61,179 nucleotides of DNA, filler included, from Hausera hauseri (GCA_046269625.1; 11 parts of 11 records of this genome joined end to end with filler, not necessarily neighbours in it); one strand, 5' to 3'. Counted from the whole stretch's first letter, positions 37,057-51,143 are shown. Numbers and translations are program-made. The notes: generated by a model not told the origin, from the sequence alone.

Positions 37057-37419
37057 CTATAATATAAGCCACAACATGCAGTAATGTCCACACAATACGG
37101 TAAGTAGATGTTCATAATGAAATCGATTATATTCAACAAGATATGATTATCTTTCAATTTGAGAAACTAAAGATGATGGGTAATAAAACACGAGTGGATC
37201 GAATACTTTGATGATGGTCAGATGTACTTACACTGCAATCCAATGTTCACCCGGTAGCGATGAACTGTGTCTATTGACGATGAAACCTCCTGCACCATTT
37301 TGTCGTAAGTCACGCGGCACACGATCCAGTGGAAACACACCGCAGAATTTTACAACCAAGAGCAGTTTTCCATAGTAACTGAGTTTAGTTAAGCTAAACG
37401 TAAAACGTGATTTAATCAT
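37057..37419 (-). pseudogene. Adenain-like cysteine protease of Polinton
   Basis: FCGVFPLD..FIVN..PGEHWIAV*..VFDPL..LCGHYCMLWL: His/Asp/Cys triad in one frame with two stops. Confidence 0.9.
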
Positions 37420-37477
37420 AATGATAATAATGGTAATAAATTACTTCGTGGTACAAAGAGGAAGAAGAAGGTTTTAT

Positions 37478-38690
37478 TTATACAATAACGGTTCCGTTTT
37501 TCGTTATTTCAACCTGGGCATCAAATACACCGTAAATGTACATCACAGTAGACTGCTCCGACGCTTTAACAAAGTGAACCTCCAATCGCAGGTTTACCTG
37601 CTGAGGTATTTGAGTCTGTTCAACGTCATAATATGGCACCAAGACAAAGGTAAAGAATGGATAGGTGGACTTGAACAAATCCATCGATATGCCATTGTTG
37701 ACATTTTTGTTCAACAAACCCATGTTGCGCACGATATATTGCATGTATGTGCAAACATAATCATTAGACTCAAAGTTTTGTTTGTACGTCTCAACAAAAT
37801 CCGCATTCCAGCCCAAACTGATGTAATTTACATTGCTATGGCTAAATGTTTCCGAATCGGTCGTATAACTGCCCGTTTGTTGAACGGTCGTTTGAAATGT
37901 AACGAGCACAAATTTCGGCAATCGCATGTCACCAAATTGTGCATCTTTGTAAAACGTTGTCGAACCTTTGGGTATGGTATAAAACAAAAGTTTTGTGCGT
38001 TGTATCGGGTAACAGGCATTTACGTTGGATCTACCTTTACACGACGTACGTATAATCGTGCCTCAGTAATTTTCAGTATGGGTTTGAGATTTGTAATTGC
38101 AGTTTTCAAGCAAAATCATTGTCGCTGCGTTTGAGCCGAATCACGACTTTAACACCGGGCATTAGGTGTTTCGGCTGATCGAAAAAGTCAAAGTACAGCG
38201 GTCCACACATGATAAGCGCTTTTGATTCTGCTACCCATGCCTGATGGTTTGGCGCTGTGGCATCGTATCCGATGGTTTTTGTCAACTGAGTCGTTTTCGT
38301 GTCTGCACTGTAATTCAGAGCTGTTTCAATGAGTGCTTTGATATTGCATAGATTGGTGTTGCCTTCAATTTTGACGCTGTTTAGAGTCAGTGAAGCCTCC
38401 TGAAACAGTGTGAGGAAAAGATAATTGGCCGGTGTGACAGTGTCTGTTGCAGCGAGAACCGTCAATGCATCCTTTTTAACAATGACTTTTACATATAGTA
38501 GTGTATCGTTCAAATCCAGGTATTTATTGTCCGATGCCATAATGTTAAATTGAATATCAATATTATTGTCCGTTGAAACAGAATCAACGGGGTAGATTTC
38601 TTCAAATACTGCATTGTCAAAGACACCTTGTGGTGCGCCTTTGCCAAATATACACAATTAAGATTTTGCAAATGCAATTTGCCTATCAAT
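37478..38690 (-). pseudogene. Polinton/adintovirus double-jelly-roll major capsid protein
   Basis: AKS*LCIF, YLDLNDTLLYVKV, PANYLFLTLF, KALIETALNYS, GPLYFDFFDQPK, LRLEVHF; one frameshift near 38000-38100. Confidence 0.9.
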
Positions 38691-39042
38691 CGAAAATCGT
38701 ACAACGACGTCATTTGTTTATAGTTGAAAAGCTAGCTGATGTACCACTACGTTTTTTCAAGCCACTATCAGCGAATTGTTTCTTGACTGATCCAACGACT
38801 CCCGGTGCAACAGTTTTTATTTATCACGAGGCGTGTTCCTTCAGTGATGGTAAAATCGATTTGTTTTCATAAGATGTATCCTGTGCTGTTTTTGCAGTCA
38901 CGGATCCAATACGCTTCAACACTGGAAGTGCTAAACGTGCCAGTGTACGCAACCATCCAGAGCCATACTGTTAACCAACGAAATACGGCACTTCACCACC
39001 TTGTTGAGGTTTACTGTAAATGGAAACGATTTCAGAATCAAT
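38686..39042 (-). pseudogene. Small Polinton virion protein with Gly-Gly motif and amphipathic helix (pVI/pX-like)
   Basis: Manual translation IDSEIVSIYSKPQQGGEVPYFVG*QYGSGWLRTLARLALPVLKRIG...; lies between penton and MCP. Confidence 0.7.
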
Positions 39043-40111
39043 TATGTTGTTTTCGACGGAAATGAAGCATTTGAGTGGTTGTGGTACTGTATAGAAATTC
39101 GATAAAGTAGGCCGCGTCACATCTACTATTGACTTCAACATTGTTTATAGATCTAGATGCCACAGGTAGGTACATTGGATTATCGAGCTTGACAGTGACA
39201 TTGTCGCAAGCAGTATACTTGCTGCCGTCCGGATAAATTGCACGGAGTAGCGGTACACGTACTCCACCGACCAAAATGGGTTCGGTGACGTTCACGTAAA
39301 TCTACAATTGACTTAGACCAATTTTCAGTTTGGGTATAAGTGTTGCAACATGTGCCGCCACCGCCTTCGATGCCTCAAACCACTGTTTTTCAAAACCCAA
39401 TATCATAGCCAAACCTTTGTCCAATGAAATGTCGACAATATCCTTAGCCAGTTCAAATTTTATGTACCCATTTGTATCCAACTCAAAAACTTTAAATATC
39501 TCCTTGTACTTTTGATTTGAAGAAGAAAAGTGTAGACAGAGATGTGCTACAGATTCGCAATAGACGTTGTCTCCAATCGATACATATGACGTTGACACCC
39601 TTTCCGTTGTATAGGTAAATTTTACCGTTGTTTGGTAATACACGTGACTTAATTTTGGACCAACTACATATTCACTTTTAATATGTTTACCTTTGTACTC
39701 TGTATTTTTGAATCCAAATTTCTGCGCATATCAGAGGACTCAAAAGTAACAGTAAATTAAAAATCTCATAAAATGTAAGTTCTGATCTAAAATAAAAATA
39801 TCGATTTTGCAGTGTGAACCGTAATTTGCTTCGGTCGTGCAAATGGTCGATTCTTCAACTGTTATTTTATTGTTAGTAAATGTCAGGGGACAAGACTGTG
39901 TTTTGGTTTCAGTAACAGTCTTGTTGTACGTTATTTTCATACTACCTTTAAATGCCACCGGTGCGTAGGGAAAGTTAAATTCCGTCAGAGCAACTTCCCA
40001 TTTTCCAGATAAATCCAAAGGATCGTTCCAGTCTACAACGTATTCACTGGCTGAATTGTTCGGACGAGTCGTCGGACAACTGTTGCTCAGCAACACCATG
40101 CAAATACTCAT
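39038..40111 (-). pseudogene. Polinton minor capsid (penton) protein
   Basis: VLLSNS...NSASEY..PLDLSGKWEVALTEF; VGGVRVPLLR; PMYLPV; LHFRRK. Confidence 0.9.
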
Positions 40112-40124
40112 GATCTCGATGATT

Positions 40125-40200
<76 letters not shown>
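40125..40200 (+). repeat. (ATG)n microsatellite at contig end
   Basis: ~25 perfect trinucleotide units. Confidence 0.97.
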
Positions 40201-40300
40201 NNNNNNNNNNNNNNNNNNNNNNNNNNNNNNNNNNNNNNNNNNNNTTAATTAATTAANNNNNNNNNNNNNNNNNNNNNNNNNNNNNNNNNNNNNNNNNNNN

Positions 40301-42675
40301 GCGAGAAGCGCGATCCATCATGGATAAGATATATTGATAGCCGTTATCGGATGGTAAAGGACCGACAAGATCCAAATGAACAGTGTAAAAACGAGATGTG
40401 CAAAGGAAGTGGTAAAGTGGTGGTTTTATGTGTTTGTGAACCTTGTATTGCTGGCATGCTGCACATCCCTTAATTCAGATTTGTACATCTGTGCACATAG
40501 TTGGCCATACAACGTGGCGTTGCAGTAGACGGAATGTGGCTTTTGAACCCGAGTGATGAAGAGAGTGAAAGTGATTGAAAGCTGTCTTTTGTAGCGATGG
40601 AGCAAGAATGATTTTCTTATTGGTCAAGTTGGAAGTGTTATAAGCAATGCCATTCATGATTTCAATAGATTTAAAAGCTTGGAGAATACCAGATGATGGC
40701 TGATTGCTTCTCAAGACCTCAGAGGAGAAAACTGGCTGAACTGTAATTGAATTAATCGACCGCGAAAGAAAGTCCGCTACTAAGTTTTCGGTGCCAGAAA
40801 TATATTTCATGGGAAAACTAAACGGCAACAGGTATGATATTTGTCGTTCTTGTCTGGGTGAGGGCTGTTTCAAAGTAATTATGTGAAGTAGTTGTTTATG
40901 GTCGGTTTGGATGGTAAATTGGCGTGAAAGAAGCAAGTGCTTGAAATGCTTTACCGCTAGAACTACAGCCAAGAGTACACGATCGAATGCTAAATATCGG
41001 ATTTCCGATTGCGTGAGCTTTCGGGAATTGAATTCTAATGGTTTATTGACGCCATTGTATATTTGGTGTAATATTGCACCAGTTGATGTGGTTGAGGCAT
41101 CGGTATTTAATATTAGTTCAGCGTTTGATTAATTGTCTTTTCTTCCCAGATGAGAGGTGTGCGAACTGTGCCGTTAGTTCGAAGCAGTGTGGCACGTTTT
41201 TGTGTACGAAATGGAATGTTTCTAGAAAACTCCTCATATCGGTAGTAGTAGTTGGAAACGTCACATTTTTTAATTGTTGTAAGCGATCAGGCTGAGGCGA
41301 ATGCCCTTCAGGAGTAATTACGTGGCCTAAGAAATTGACACATTTTTGAAAGAAATTGCACTTTGCGAAATTAACTTGCAGGTTGCTTTGATGCAATCTG
41401 TGGAAAATAATCCGAAGGGGTTCATGATGTTGTTGGATGGAGCTAGAAGCAAATAATATGTCATCTATGTATGGGTGAGCAAAATCATGACCAGAAAGAA
41501 CAGTGACAATGTGGCAATGAAAGGTCTGAGATGCACTACGTAGGCCGAAAGGCATGAAGATGTATTCATAAAGACCAAATGGTGTGATAGCAGCAGTTTT
41601 TGGAATGTCATCAGGGGCAACAAGAATTTGATGTTAGGCTTTGTGCAGATCAATGGTAGAATAGGTATTGGTGTTGTTGAGGCTATGACGATTATCTTTA
41701 ATAAGTGGTAGTGGATAGGCATCTGTAATAGTTAGATTTTTTAATTGTCGATAGTCGCCACATGGCCTATAGGTGCCATCTTTCTTTACCACTACATATA
41801 GAGGAGAAGCCCACGGTGAATTCGATCTACGAATAATCCAGACCTTTCCAGTTAATTAAATTCCTGTTCCACAGCTTTACGTCGGCGTGGCGACAAAGGT
41901 CTAACCCTTTGTTTGATGGGCCTCTGATGCTCTGTTACTATATCAGGATGAATCGAGGAGGGAGGCCTGAAGTTGATGTCCCTCTGAACTATGCGAAAAC
42001 AAGACGTTGTGACGTATGATTTAAGATCGGAGTCTAGAGACAAGAATGAATGAGGCATATCATTAAATAGAACAGCTCCAGTGATTTATGAAAAGTAACT
42101 GGCATCGCTACTGTCGACGCCTAATTTGGATTTTTGTTTTGGAATAGATTTATGATTGCCGTTCATAATTGAAATATTGCCAAGTTTATTGGAAGTTTTT
42201 TTATAGACGAGTGCAGTGAATTGCTCGCTAAGTTGTCTACGAGACACATTTTTGGAGTTGCAGTTAAGTTCCTGATTAAATGACAGCTGTATTTGCAATC
42301 GACCAAAATATCATGTGCGGCGAGAAAATCTGAGCCTATTATGGGAGATTTAATGTTGGCCACATGGAACTTCCAGACAAACTTGTCCGGCAAGTTGGCG
42401 AATGCGAAGGTCAATTCCGTGGTTTTTGCAACATGCAACGGTTGGCCACTGGCAGTGAAAAGAGGTGGACAGAAAATCATAGTCGATGTAAAAAGGAAGG
42501 ACAAGGGAAGGAGCGAAAAGGCAGCTCGTGAGTCTATAAGGAAGTCGATCTGTAAAGTATCTCTGCATAACAGTACAGCTTTCAACAGAAAGACTGCAGA
42601 TGCGGTGTCGACATGGCCACAAGATTGAGCGATATTGCCTGCGCCAGAATGTGCCTTAAAATATGGCAATATTAT
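40301..42675 (-). pseudogene. pol: Gypsy pol (protease, RT, RNase H, integrase start), same family as 29951-31918
   Basis: FLIDSRAAFSLLP, MPFGLRSASQTF, HPYIDDIL, TDHKQL, NLVADFLSR, HLDLVGPLP. Confidence 0.95.
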
Positions 42676-43934
42676 TAGTTTTTTGAAGGTTTTGGAGAAA
42701 AGGAAAAGTAGGAGGAAAAGCGAGGAGATTTATCGTTGTAATATTTACAACCAGGCACACATGATGTAGCCTGTGACTGAAACTTATTTGATAGACTCAA
42801 ATGGGGTTGTCCACAGCGTACCGTTCGCTGTAAAACCGACAACCCAAAAAACATTTCCTAGCATCCCTTCGAAATCGCGTGTGATAGAAGCAGGCCATGC
42901 ATCTGCCAGGTGAAATGGATCGAGCAGTGTCTGGAAATGCTTCTCTCCCTTGAAGGTCTGGTTTCACTTCGTCGAGGCCCATTAAGATTATTTAGTTGGG
43001 TATTAATGGCTAAAATCGACTGCTGCAACTCGTCAAACAGTTGCTGCATCATTTGCAATTGTTATGAAAATGAAGTGTTATCTGTGTGTGAAGGTGTGTG
43101 AGCGGTTGCTGCAGCTACTGGTTGTGTATTATTAGATTGCAAAATGTCAAACTTTTGTCTGCCAATAAGGCAAGATTTTTCAAGGGCCGTTGAGTCGTCT
43201 ACTACAGTAAGCAGCGCTCTAATGGAGGTTGGCAAGGATGAAAGAAAATACCGACAAAAAAGATCTCATTGTTTATAGGAGTGACGCCTAAGGAACTCAG
43301 TTGAGATATTGCTGTTTTGAGGAAATCCGATGGTTTTTGATTTCCGATGGCATGTTCATTAAAGTATTTCTGAATTATGTTGTCAATGGAAGGGTCGGTA
43401 ATGTGCAGAAATGATTCATAAAGCATATCATATGGGGTTGAAGAAGTAAGTATATCAGCAAGATTGTTGATTTGCAGCTTGATAATAGCTGGAAGTAATA
43501 GCAGCAAACTGTTCGCCCGCAAAAAGGAGTCTGTGATATGATTGGCTTTAAGCCATTGCAAATGGAATTGTAACCATGTACGACTCGAATTTTTCTTATC
43601 AAGAAAAAAATCCGCACAAGGGCGATTTGGAGATACATTTGGTGTGGGGTCGTCAGGACAACGACCAGATCTGATTTTGGTTAAATTTTCGGCAGAAGGG
43701 TCAGAGTCTGATCTACCACGGATACGAAAATGGATAGTGAGAATCATTAAATGCTTCCCGGATGCAAAAGATGACAGAGTCGGAAGGTAACAGAGTCAGG
43801 CCATTGTGCATGCAATAAAAATCGGAGGAGCCGAAAAAGGAAGACAATGCAGAATAAAGGATATGTGCCGTATGTTTGCATGCAACCCTCAATGTATATA
43901 CATGTTTATTATTGGAAGAAATAAAAAAAGAAAG
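42675..43934 (-). pseudogene. gag: CsRn1-type gag with ubiquitin-like domain (43712-43934)
   Basis: LSFFISSNNKHVYTLRV..SDFYCMHNGL../LTIHFRIRGR (GGT AGA); CFYHTRFRRDARKCFLGC; AAAAAAC-TAA at 42675-42684. Confidence 0.87.
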
Positions 43935-44872
43935 GGGGTGCAGTACAGCGGGATCGGGCAAGCTCGGTCCCTCAGCTACACAGTTTATCGAATGCTCCTT
44001 AAATGTAGAAAGATAACCAATCATAAAATTACTTTGAAAAATTCCAATGGTCTGTGAAGTCTGAGTTGTCACAGAGACACCCACAATTATTGTAGGCTTT
44101 GTATCAGCAGTATTCGTGGTAAACTGCAATGAACCTGGATTATCCGGCGTGAAACTGGTTGAAAAGGGCGCATTCATCTGCTTCTGGTTTTCATCATTTT
44201 CTGAAGTTACTAGAGATGCGGTTGTTGAAGCAGTTGATAGTTCCGTGGTAAGTGTAGCGAATGATTTTGTAGTCAACTTTGATGACCCGAGAAGGAAATT
44301 CGTTGATTGGTAAGATGTTGGGATTGGCATATAATTAAGAGTCGAATTTCGATGTTTATCACTGAATAATTTTCAACTTTGACATCTGACTCGTGTTTAC
44401 CCCTCGAACACTCTGAAAATTTCTCCATTTGTTTTATTATATGGAAAATTTTGGCCACAATTAAAACATGCCAACACGTTTTTATCATCTTTGTCGTCTG
44501 AATTGTGNNNNNNNNNNNNNNNNNNNNNNNNNNNNNNNNNNNNNNNNNNNNTTAATTAATTAANNNNNNNNNNNNNNNNNNNNNNNNNNNNNNNNNNNNN
44601 NNNNNNNGTGTCCTGATAAAAAGCAAATCGACTAGAATTTTCTCTTTAAGACGCTACATCATTGTGTTTCTTTTGTAGAAATGAACATCTGCAATTTATT
44701 GGACTTTGCAACTGTGAATTGTTTTTATGGATTAGTGGTCGGCAGAACGGCAAAATGTTAATTAATAAAATTTGCATGGTTGTTTATGATTTAACATTTT
44801 ACGATTGAGAAGCTCCACTGAACAGACATTTCATTATCTCAAATAATCGACAACTGGCTTGAAGTACATGTA

Positions 44873-46157
44873 CAGAGGTGGTCAAATTATTACAATCAAG
44901 GCATAAACATAGCACTTGTTGCATATAGTTAGTAACTGATTACTAACAATTTAGTTACCGTACAAATTTAATTATGTTTTGATTTCTAGCAAATGTTATT
45001 TAAATATTTAATGCAGATAAAACGTTAGTATCACAGTTTTATCTTGTTTCTTGTTGAATAATGGGCAAATCTCGTGATTTAACGGAATCAGAAGTCTCTA
45101 AAATTAAAGTTTTACTTCAACACACCGACAAGACACAGAATGAAATTGCATTAATTGTTAATGTATCACAGTGAAAGGTCTGGCGTCAAAAGCAGAAGAA
45201 ATGGAGCTTGTGGAAGAAAGATTGTCAAATCCTCTTGATGATCGGATATTAAAAAACGTAGCCATGAACAATAGAAGGCTGACGTCTACAAAGCTCCAAA
45301 ACAAATGGACTAAACATAATGTTGTAGCTAGCACGCGCACAATCCGACGAAGACTGTGTGAATTTGGCTTATTTGCTCTCAGACCAAGAAAGAAAGCGAA
45401 ATTAACTGCTGGAATGATGGAAAAACTATATCAGTGGGCAAGAAATCTTTCCCACTGGAATTCTGATTATTGGTCTAAAGTTGTCTTCACGGATGAGTGT
45501 TATATTGAAGTGAAGAATAAGCAAGGCCAGTATGTAGGAAGGTTTCCAACAAAAGAGTTGGAAAAAAAACTGTGTTAGTTAAACGGCCAAGCATCATGAG
45601 AAATGTATGACATGGAGCTGCTGCAAGGCTTTTGGTACTGGGAGGATAAAAATTCTTAAATGTAGCATGAATGCTACTTGTTACAAAGGTGTTTTAATAG
45701 ATAGTTTGATACCACAATTGACTGAATGGTTTGGTAATGTTGGTGAATGCATTTTAATGCACGATGGAGCACCAGAGCAAAAAGCAAAGACTGTTACCTC
45801 TTTTCTTCAGCACAGTTGAATTCGTATATTGGATTGGTCTGGAAACAGTCCAGACATGAACTCCATTGAAAATTTATGGAGCATTTTGAAGAATAAAATC
45901 CATCAGCACAAAATTAATACCAAGCAAATACTTGTTAAATCTATCATTCAGTCGTGGCATGGCGATGGAATAATTTCTCAGAAATGTGCATCCATGATCA
46001 GACAGATGCCAGAGCGAATCAAAGCTTGCATCAAAGCCAAAGGTGGATTTACTAATGGTAACAATTTCAATTTAAAAATAAAATATATACATTCTGGAAT
46101 GCCTTTTATGTTTTTGTCTGATTTTCCTGGTTCACTGTAATAATTTGGCCACCTCTA
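44873..46157 (+). mobile_element. Tc1-family DNA transposon (DD34E), near full length, disrupted transposase 45061-46060
   Basis: TA-flanked TIRs cagaggtggtcaaattattaca / tgtaataatttggccacctcta; MGKSRDL, VFTDE, HDGAP, WSGNSPDMNSIENLW; 34 codons between D and E. Confidence 0.95.
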
Positions 46158-46436
46158 TATGTAACAGGTTTTCGTACTTGTTCAAATCTCTCTCAGTATG
46201 TTTAAAAATTTTAAAGTTTGGCATTTTCATTTATTTTCTGGAGCTAATGTTCGTTTCGTATTTGATTTTAAGTGTTTTTTCATGTTTAATTAATCTGAAA
46301 TGTATTCCTCTAACTAACAATCGCATATTCTCTCAGGTATAAATTTGTTTAATGAAATAACTGACCACAGACTGTATTCCAAGGATGTTTTTAATTTCTG
46401 CAAAACATTAAGGAAACGCTATAAATTAAATATTAA

Positions 46437-48050
46437 TCCTGGGAGTACCAGAAACAATAGCATCTACTGAATACCACAGGGGCAGAATGACTCAATTCGT
46501 ACACAGGTCATACAGGATATCTGTGGGCCACATTATAAAGACAAATACACGAAAGTTATTTCCAATTTGTATATTTAAGCAAATACTACACGAATAAAGG
46601 TATATATCATTGTGGTATTAACAAAGTCCGTTAATTATATAGTTATACTAAAATGTAATAAATTATTACCGTTAGACAGCTGTTTGCGTGCTCCTTGCAC
46701 ACTTATCGTTGACACCTAATTCACCTGTCCTTAGTCTTACGATCGTTTCCACGAGGACATACAGCACAACGAAGACGGCAATCAGAGTTTAAATTTTCAA
46801 CTACGCCTCTTGGAATCAATTATCTTCTTTGCGTATTTGGTGTTACTAACTGTTTTCCTAATTCTATAAGATATAATCGTCGTCTGTGGTTTTTTGATTT
46901 CATCCAGTCAGCATTAATCGTAATCAAAATTATAAAGCTATGGATACCTGTAACATCAATCATAGTATGAAACATTATGACTGATAATTGCCTAGTCATT
47001 CGTTTTGTAAAGTAAGCGTTCACTATTTGATCCACTCTATCCATCCCAGACTTTGTCTTGTTTTATTTTAATATAATGTAAGGTTTCCTTCTCTCAGAAT
47101 CATCAGCTTCGGCCAGGAAATGCATAGAACTTAGCACAGCAATAGCCGTCCCTTTGGCCAATATAACACTAGACTTGAATCATCAGTAAAGGCAAACATA
47201 GATAAAAACTGTCGCCTGCCTCGTATTCCAATCAATTCCTTTGGCAATTCAACACGATTTTTACTGATTGTTCTCAGAATTGTCAATCATTGAGAAAGTA
47301 ACTGATTAGAGTTCTTTACTAGAAAAAAGTGATCACAGGTAACGTGTGGTCCGGATTTTTCCATTCTATTTATAAGATCATTAATTTTGACCTTGACATT
47401 TTACGGTACTTGTTCATTGTCATTTTCTTGTGTATACTTGCATATTCCATGTGTAGAAATTATCACTGTCACAAAGTGTTCACACCTTTATCCGATATTT
47501 TCCCTGCTTAGATGGTCTGTATTGCCCGAATGGGCATTTGCCACGGAAAGAAACCAATCGTTCGCTTATCGTAACGTTATCGGATAGGGTATAGCACAAT
47601 TGTAGTTTCTCAAACCAGTGCTGAAAAACAACGTATTGGTGTTAACATGTCTGGTTAACATTGTAATCTGCGAGTATTTGCATCATCAAATCGAGTGACC
47701 CTTGATATTTTTTGAAAGCGATTTCGTGCCGTCGATTTTGAAAAAAGGGACGACCATCTTGTACGTTCCATAGTGATATAATTGGTTCATTGTTTGACCG
47801 AGAAACATCAGCTGTAATTAGTAATCCGATATAATATCTCAATTCAAATAAATCAGTGTTATCCAACTTGTCCCTATAACATTACAACTCTGAATTCGAC
47901 CATTTCATTATTTTATTCAATATCAAGTCGGAGAGAAATAAGTCAAATGTTGAAAAAATTGAATAAACATTACGATTAGTATATCCTGTAACACCTGGAT
48001 GTATCCTTACAACATTCTGTAATCTTTGACGACTTGTAGATGACCTTGAA
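46437..48050 (-). mobile_element. Decayed piggyBac transposon
   Basis: ELRYYIGLLI, KTKSGMDRVDQ, FHTMID, RRLYLIELGKQL, C-terminal Cys-rich region; TTAA at 46433. Confidence 0.85.
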
Positions 48051-48215
48051 AGTGTTTATTTCCGCCTGATTTTTTGGTCTTTAGGCTTCATTACAGAAAC
48101 GATAACATCTTCAAAATGTTCGCTCCAAAAAGTAATGAAAATTTTGTAAAAGTTCAAAATTGAAAAAAGTAGTAAAAAGGCAAAATGAACAAGTACGATA
48201 TGCTGTCATATTTAA

Positions 48216-49800
48216 CACATTCACCACTATGGATGTCTTTAGACGTCCCTCCTTTAGCAATGGTAGGCGCTAGGGACGTTTTAAGACGTCCCTCATTGTA
48301 TGTATGTATGCATTATAATATTTTATATTTGTATTTGTCTTGAATTAATTGAAAGTTTAAATTTTTAAAATTCTATAAGTTCAATAAGTCTACAAACATG
48401 GATCCTCACGAATAGGAAGAGGTAAACCCTAACTACACTGCACCAACATGTAGCTTCACCAGCGATACAGGCATCAACAAAGCTTACTGACTCATACCTG
48501 AATCTAGTCCAATGGATATTGTTGGTGCATTCATTACTCCAGAGATATTTGAAATTATGACACTTGAAACGAACAAATATGCTGAACAATTCATATCGTC
48601 AAATGTTTTAAAAAAGCATAGCAAAGTTCAGTGTTGGAAAGTTATAGACACGATCTGAAACGAAGAAATTTTTGGGTTTGGTATTTCTCTAGGGCCTAGT
48701 TAAAATGACATCCATTGAAGACTACTCGTCCACAAACCCAATACTAGCAATGCCTGATGTCAACAGTATCATGCCACATGACCTTTTTGTGTTGTTGAAG
48801 TTATGACACTTTACTGACAATAGCGAGGCTGTTGATGGAGACAGGCTGCATAAGTTGAAATTGATTTGTGATACCTTGCTTGCGGCATTCCAGGATGTGT
48901 ATTATCCCAGCAAACATGTGTCAAATGATGAAGCTATGGTTGTGTGGTATGGAAGGCTTGCATTTAGGCAGTACATGGCAAAAAACACAAATATGGAGTC
49001 AAGCTGTATTTGCTGCATGAACTAAGTGGCTATGTGTGGAATACAATGGTTTACTGCGGAAAGTCTGACTAAATTTCAGGATTGGGTCATTCGGACGCAG
49101 TAGTTATGAAGCTGATGAATAAGTTGTTTGACAAAGACCATGAACTTTATATGGACAATTTCTACATCGGGTGTTCCATGGGTTCCAGAACTGTTGAAGC
49201 GCAAAACTCAGTTATGTGGAACACTTCGTAAAAACAAGAAACATTTGCCATCAGCAGGAGTATCTGCAAAACGGCAGAAAGGACATTGTGTAAATGGGCG
49301 CGATGGTCCAATTGTTGTGGTCAAGTGGAGAGACAACAGAGACGTCATGATGCTGTCTACTTTTCACACAAATCAAATCAAATCATTAAGGTGAACAAAT
49401 CCAAAAACCAGATGCCATATTAGATTACAACATGAACACGTGTGCTGTAGACCGCACAGATCAGCTGACATACTATTCACCACTTCGCAAGTCACTGCGT
49501 TGGTACAAAAAATCATTCAGCATTTCCTGGACATGGCCATGACCAATGCCTACCTGCCGTGGCAATCGAGAGCAGGTATGATTTCGTACACAGGTGATAC
49601 GTCAATTGTTGATGTCAGACGACCGTCCACCAAAACTGTCACCAGATACATCATTTTTCCATCACAGGTCTGCGGATATGTCACGATTGAGCGGACAGAA
49701 CTTTATTATTGAAATTCCATGTCAAAATAATAAAGCAAAAACAATGCGAAAATGTGTTGTGTGGTGCTCACATTCACCCAATAGGACACAAAATTATATA
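48216..49800 (+). mobile_element. Second decayed piggyBac (PGBD4-like) transposon
   Basis: TTAA-cacattcacc end with gacgtccct subterminal repeats; ETNKYAEQ, DEAMV, LYMDNFYI, CGTLRKN, KWRDNRDVMMLSTFH. Confidence 0.88.
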
Positions 49801-50123
49801 GTCTTGTTTTGTTTAAATATTCGTATTCACTATCATTGTAAAATTTTAAGTGAAATAGAAATTTATTTGTCGTTTTGATATTGCTGAATCACAATCATAT
49901 TGGATTTATTACAAAACATGATCGAAACTGTAAGGATATAATCGAGAATTGAAATTCAAAATTTAAATTAGAAACATTTTTAATTTTAAAAATTCGACCA
50001 TGGATTTAATTTAAAAATGTAATATTAAACGTATAATTTAATTTTGGAATTTTTAGGAAAATTTGTTTCCAAATAAGTATTTCGAGATACAATAAAATTT
50101 TCAATAACTGGTCAGCGGCCAAC

Positions 50124-51043
50124 ATGGAGACTTATTCCACGATGGACATTTTCGCGAACCAATTGTTGCCCAACAAATGCAGAAAAGACAACGACGTGAG
50201 GAGATTCATTAAAGGATGTGAAAAACTCTTTAAATATATGAACACCCCGGCGGCGAAGCGGGAAATAATGGTTGAATGCCCCTTGGAAGAAGAATCACAA
50301 GAAAGATACGAGGCAGTAGATGCGAAAATAACTGTATATCAAAACCAGCTACGGAAGGTTTTTGTCCGATCCTCAACGCTGTGCGAAGATTTGAAAGAAG
50401 CGCTCGAGTACAGAATGAATGGAGCGCAACTGGAGACTTACTTCGATGCAATTGAGAAACTGCTGGATAAAGTCAAGAAACACGATCTTTCTCACAAGGC
50501 TCTAAAAGAGGAACTATTGTTCCAGTGTTGTAACGATAGAGAGATGAGAAGAGAAATATGTCTCAGTGACAAACGAGACACGGAAACCATAAAGTAGAAA
50601 ATACGGAAGATACACGAAGTAAAGAATAAGACAGAAGAAGTTAACATTGTTAAGGAGTATCCAGAGATCGGTAGAAGTAGCTACCAGGAAGTGGCAGCAC
50701 AAAATATCAGTAAATCCTTTTTTAGAATCAAGACGACACGAACAAGACCACAAAATAGTCGATTAAAGTGTTGGACATGCCAAAAGGAGGGACATACGAG
50801 CAGAACTTGCACCACACTGAGACCGATTAAATGCTTTGGATGCGGAAAAGAAAGACACATAAGCAGGCAGTATCCCGAAAGAAAGTCAGTAAGATGCTAC
50901 GGATGTGGTAAGCTAGGGCACATCAGACGAAATTGTGCAAACCTTAGCTGTTCAAGATGTCACTATAGGGTACATACTGAAAAGGAGTGCTACACCAGGT
51001 TGGAGGGGAAAAGAGAACCAGGATGGGATGTAAACAACGTCAA
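50124..51043 (+). pseudogene. gag: gag with multiple CCHC zinc knuckles (second LTR family)
   Basis: CWTCQKEGHTSRTC, CFGCGKERHI, CYGCGKLGHIRRNC; one in-frame stop; TGGTCAGCGG PBS-like motif just upstream. Confidence 0.85.
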
Positions 51044-51143
51044 NNNNNNNNNNNNNNNNNNNNNNNNNNNNNNNNNNNNNNNNNNNNTTAATTAATTAAN
51101 NNNNNNNNNNNNNNNNNNNNNNNNNNNNNNNNNNNNNNNNNNN

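Noticed and set aside
37421-38134. 237-aa plus-strand ORF
   Set aside because: Antisense shadow of the major capsid gene
40056-40256. Poly-Met ORF, and ORFs ending XXX-LIN
   Set aside because: Artefacts of the (ATG)n microsatellite and the spacer
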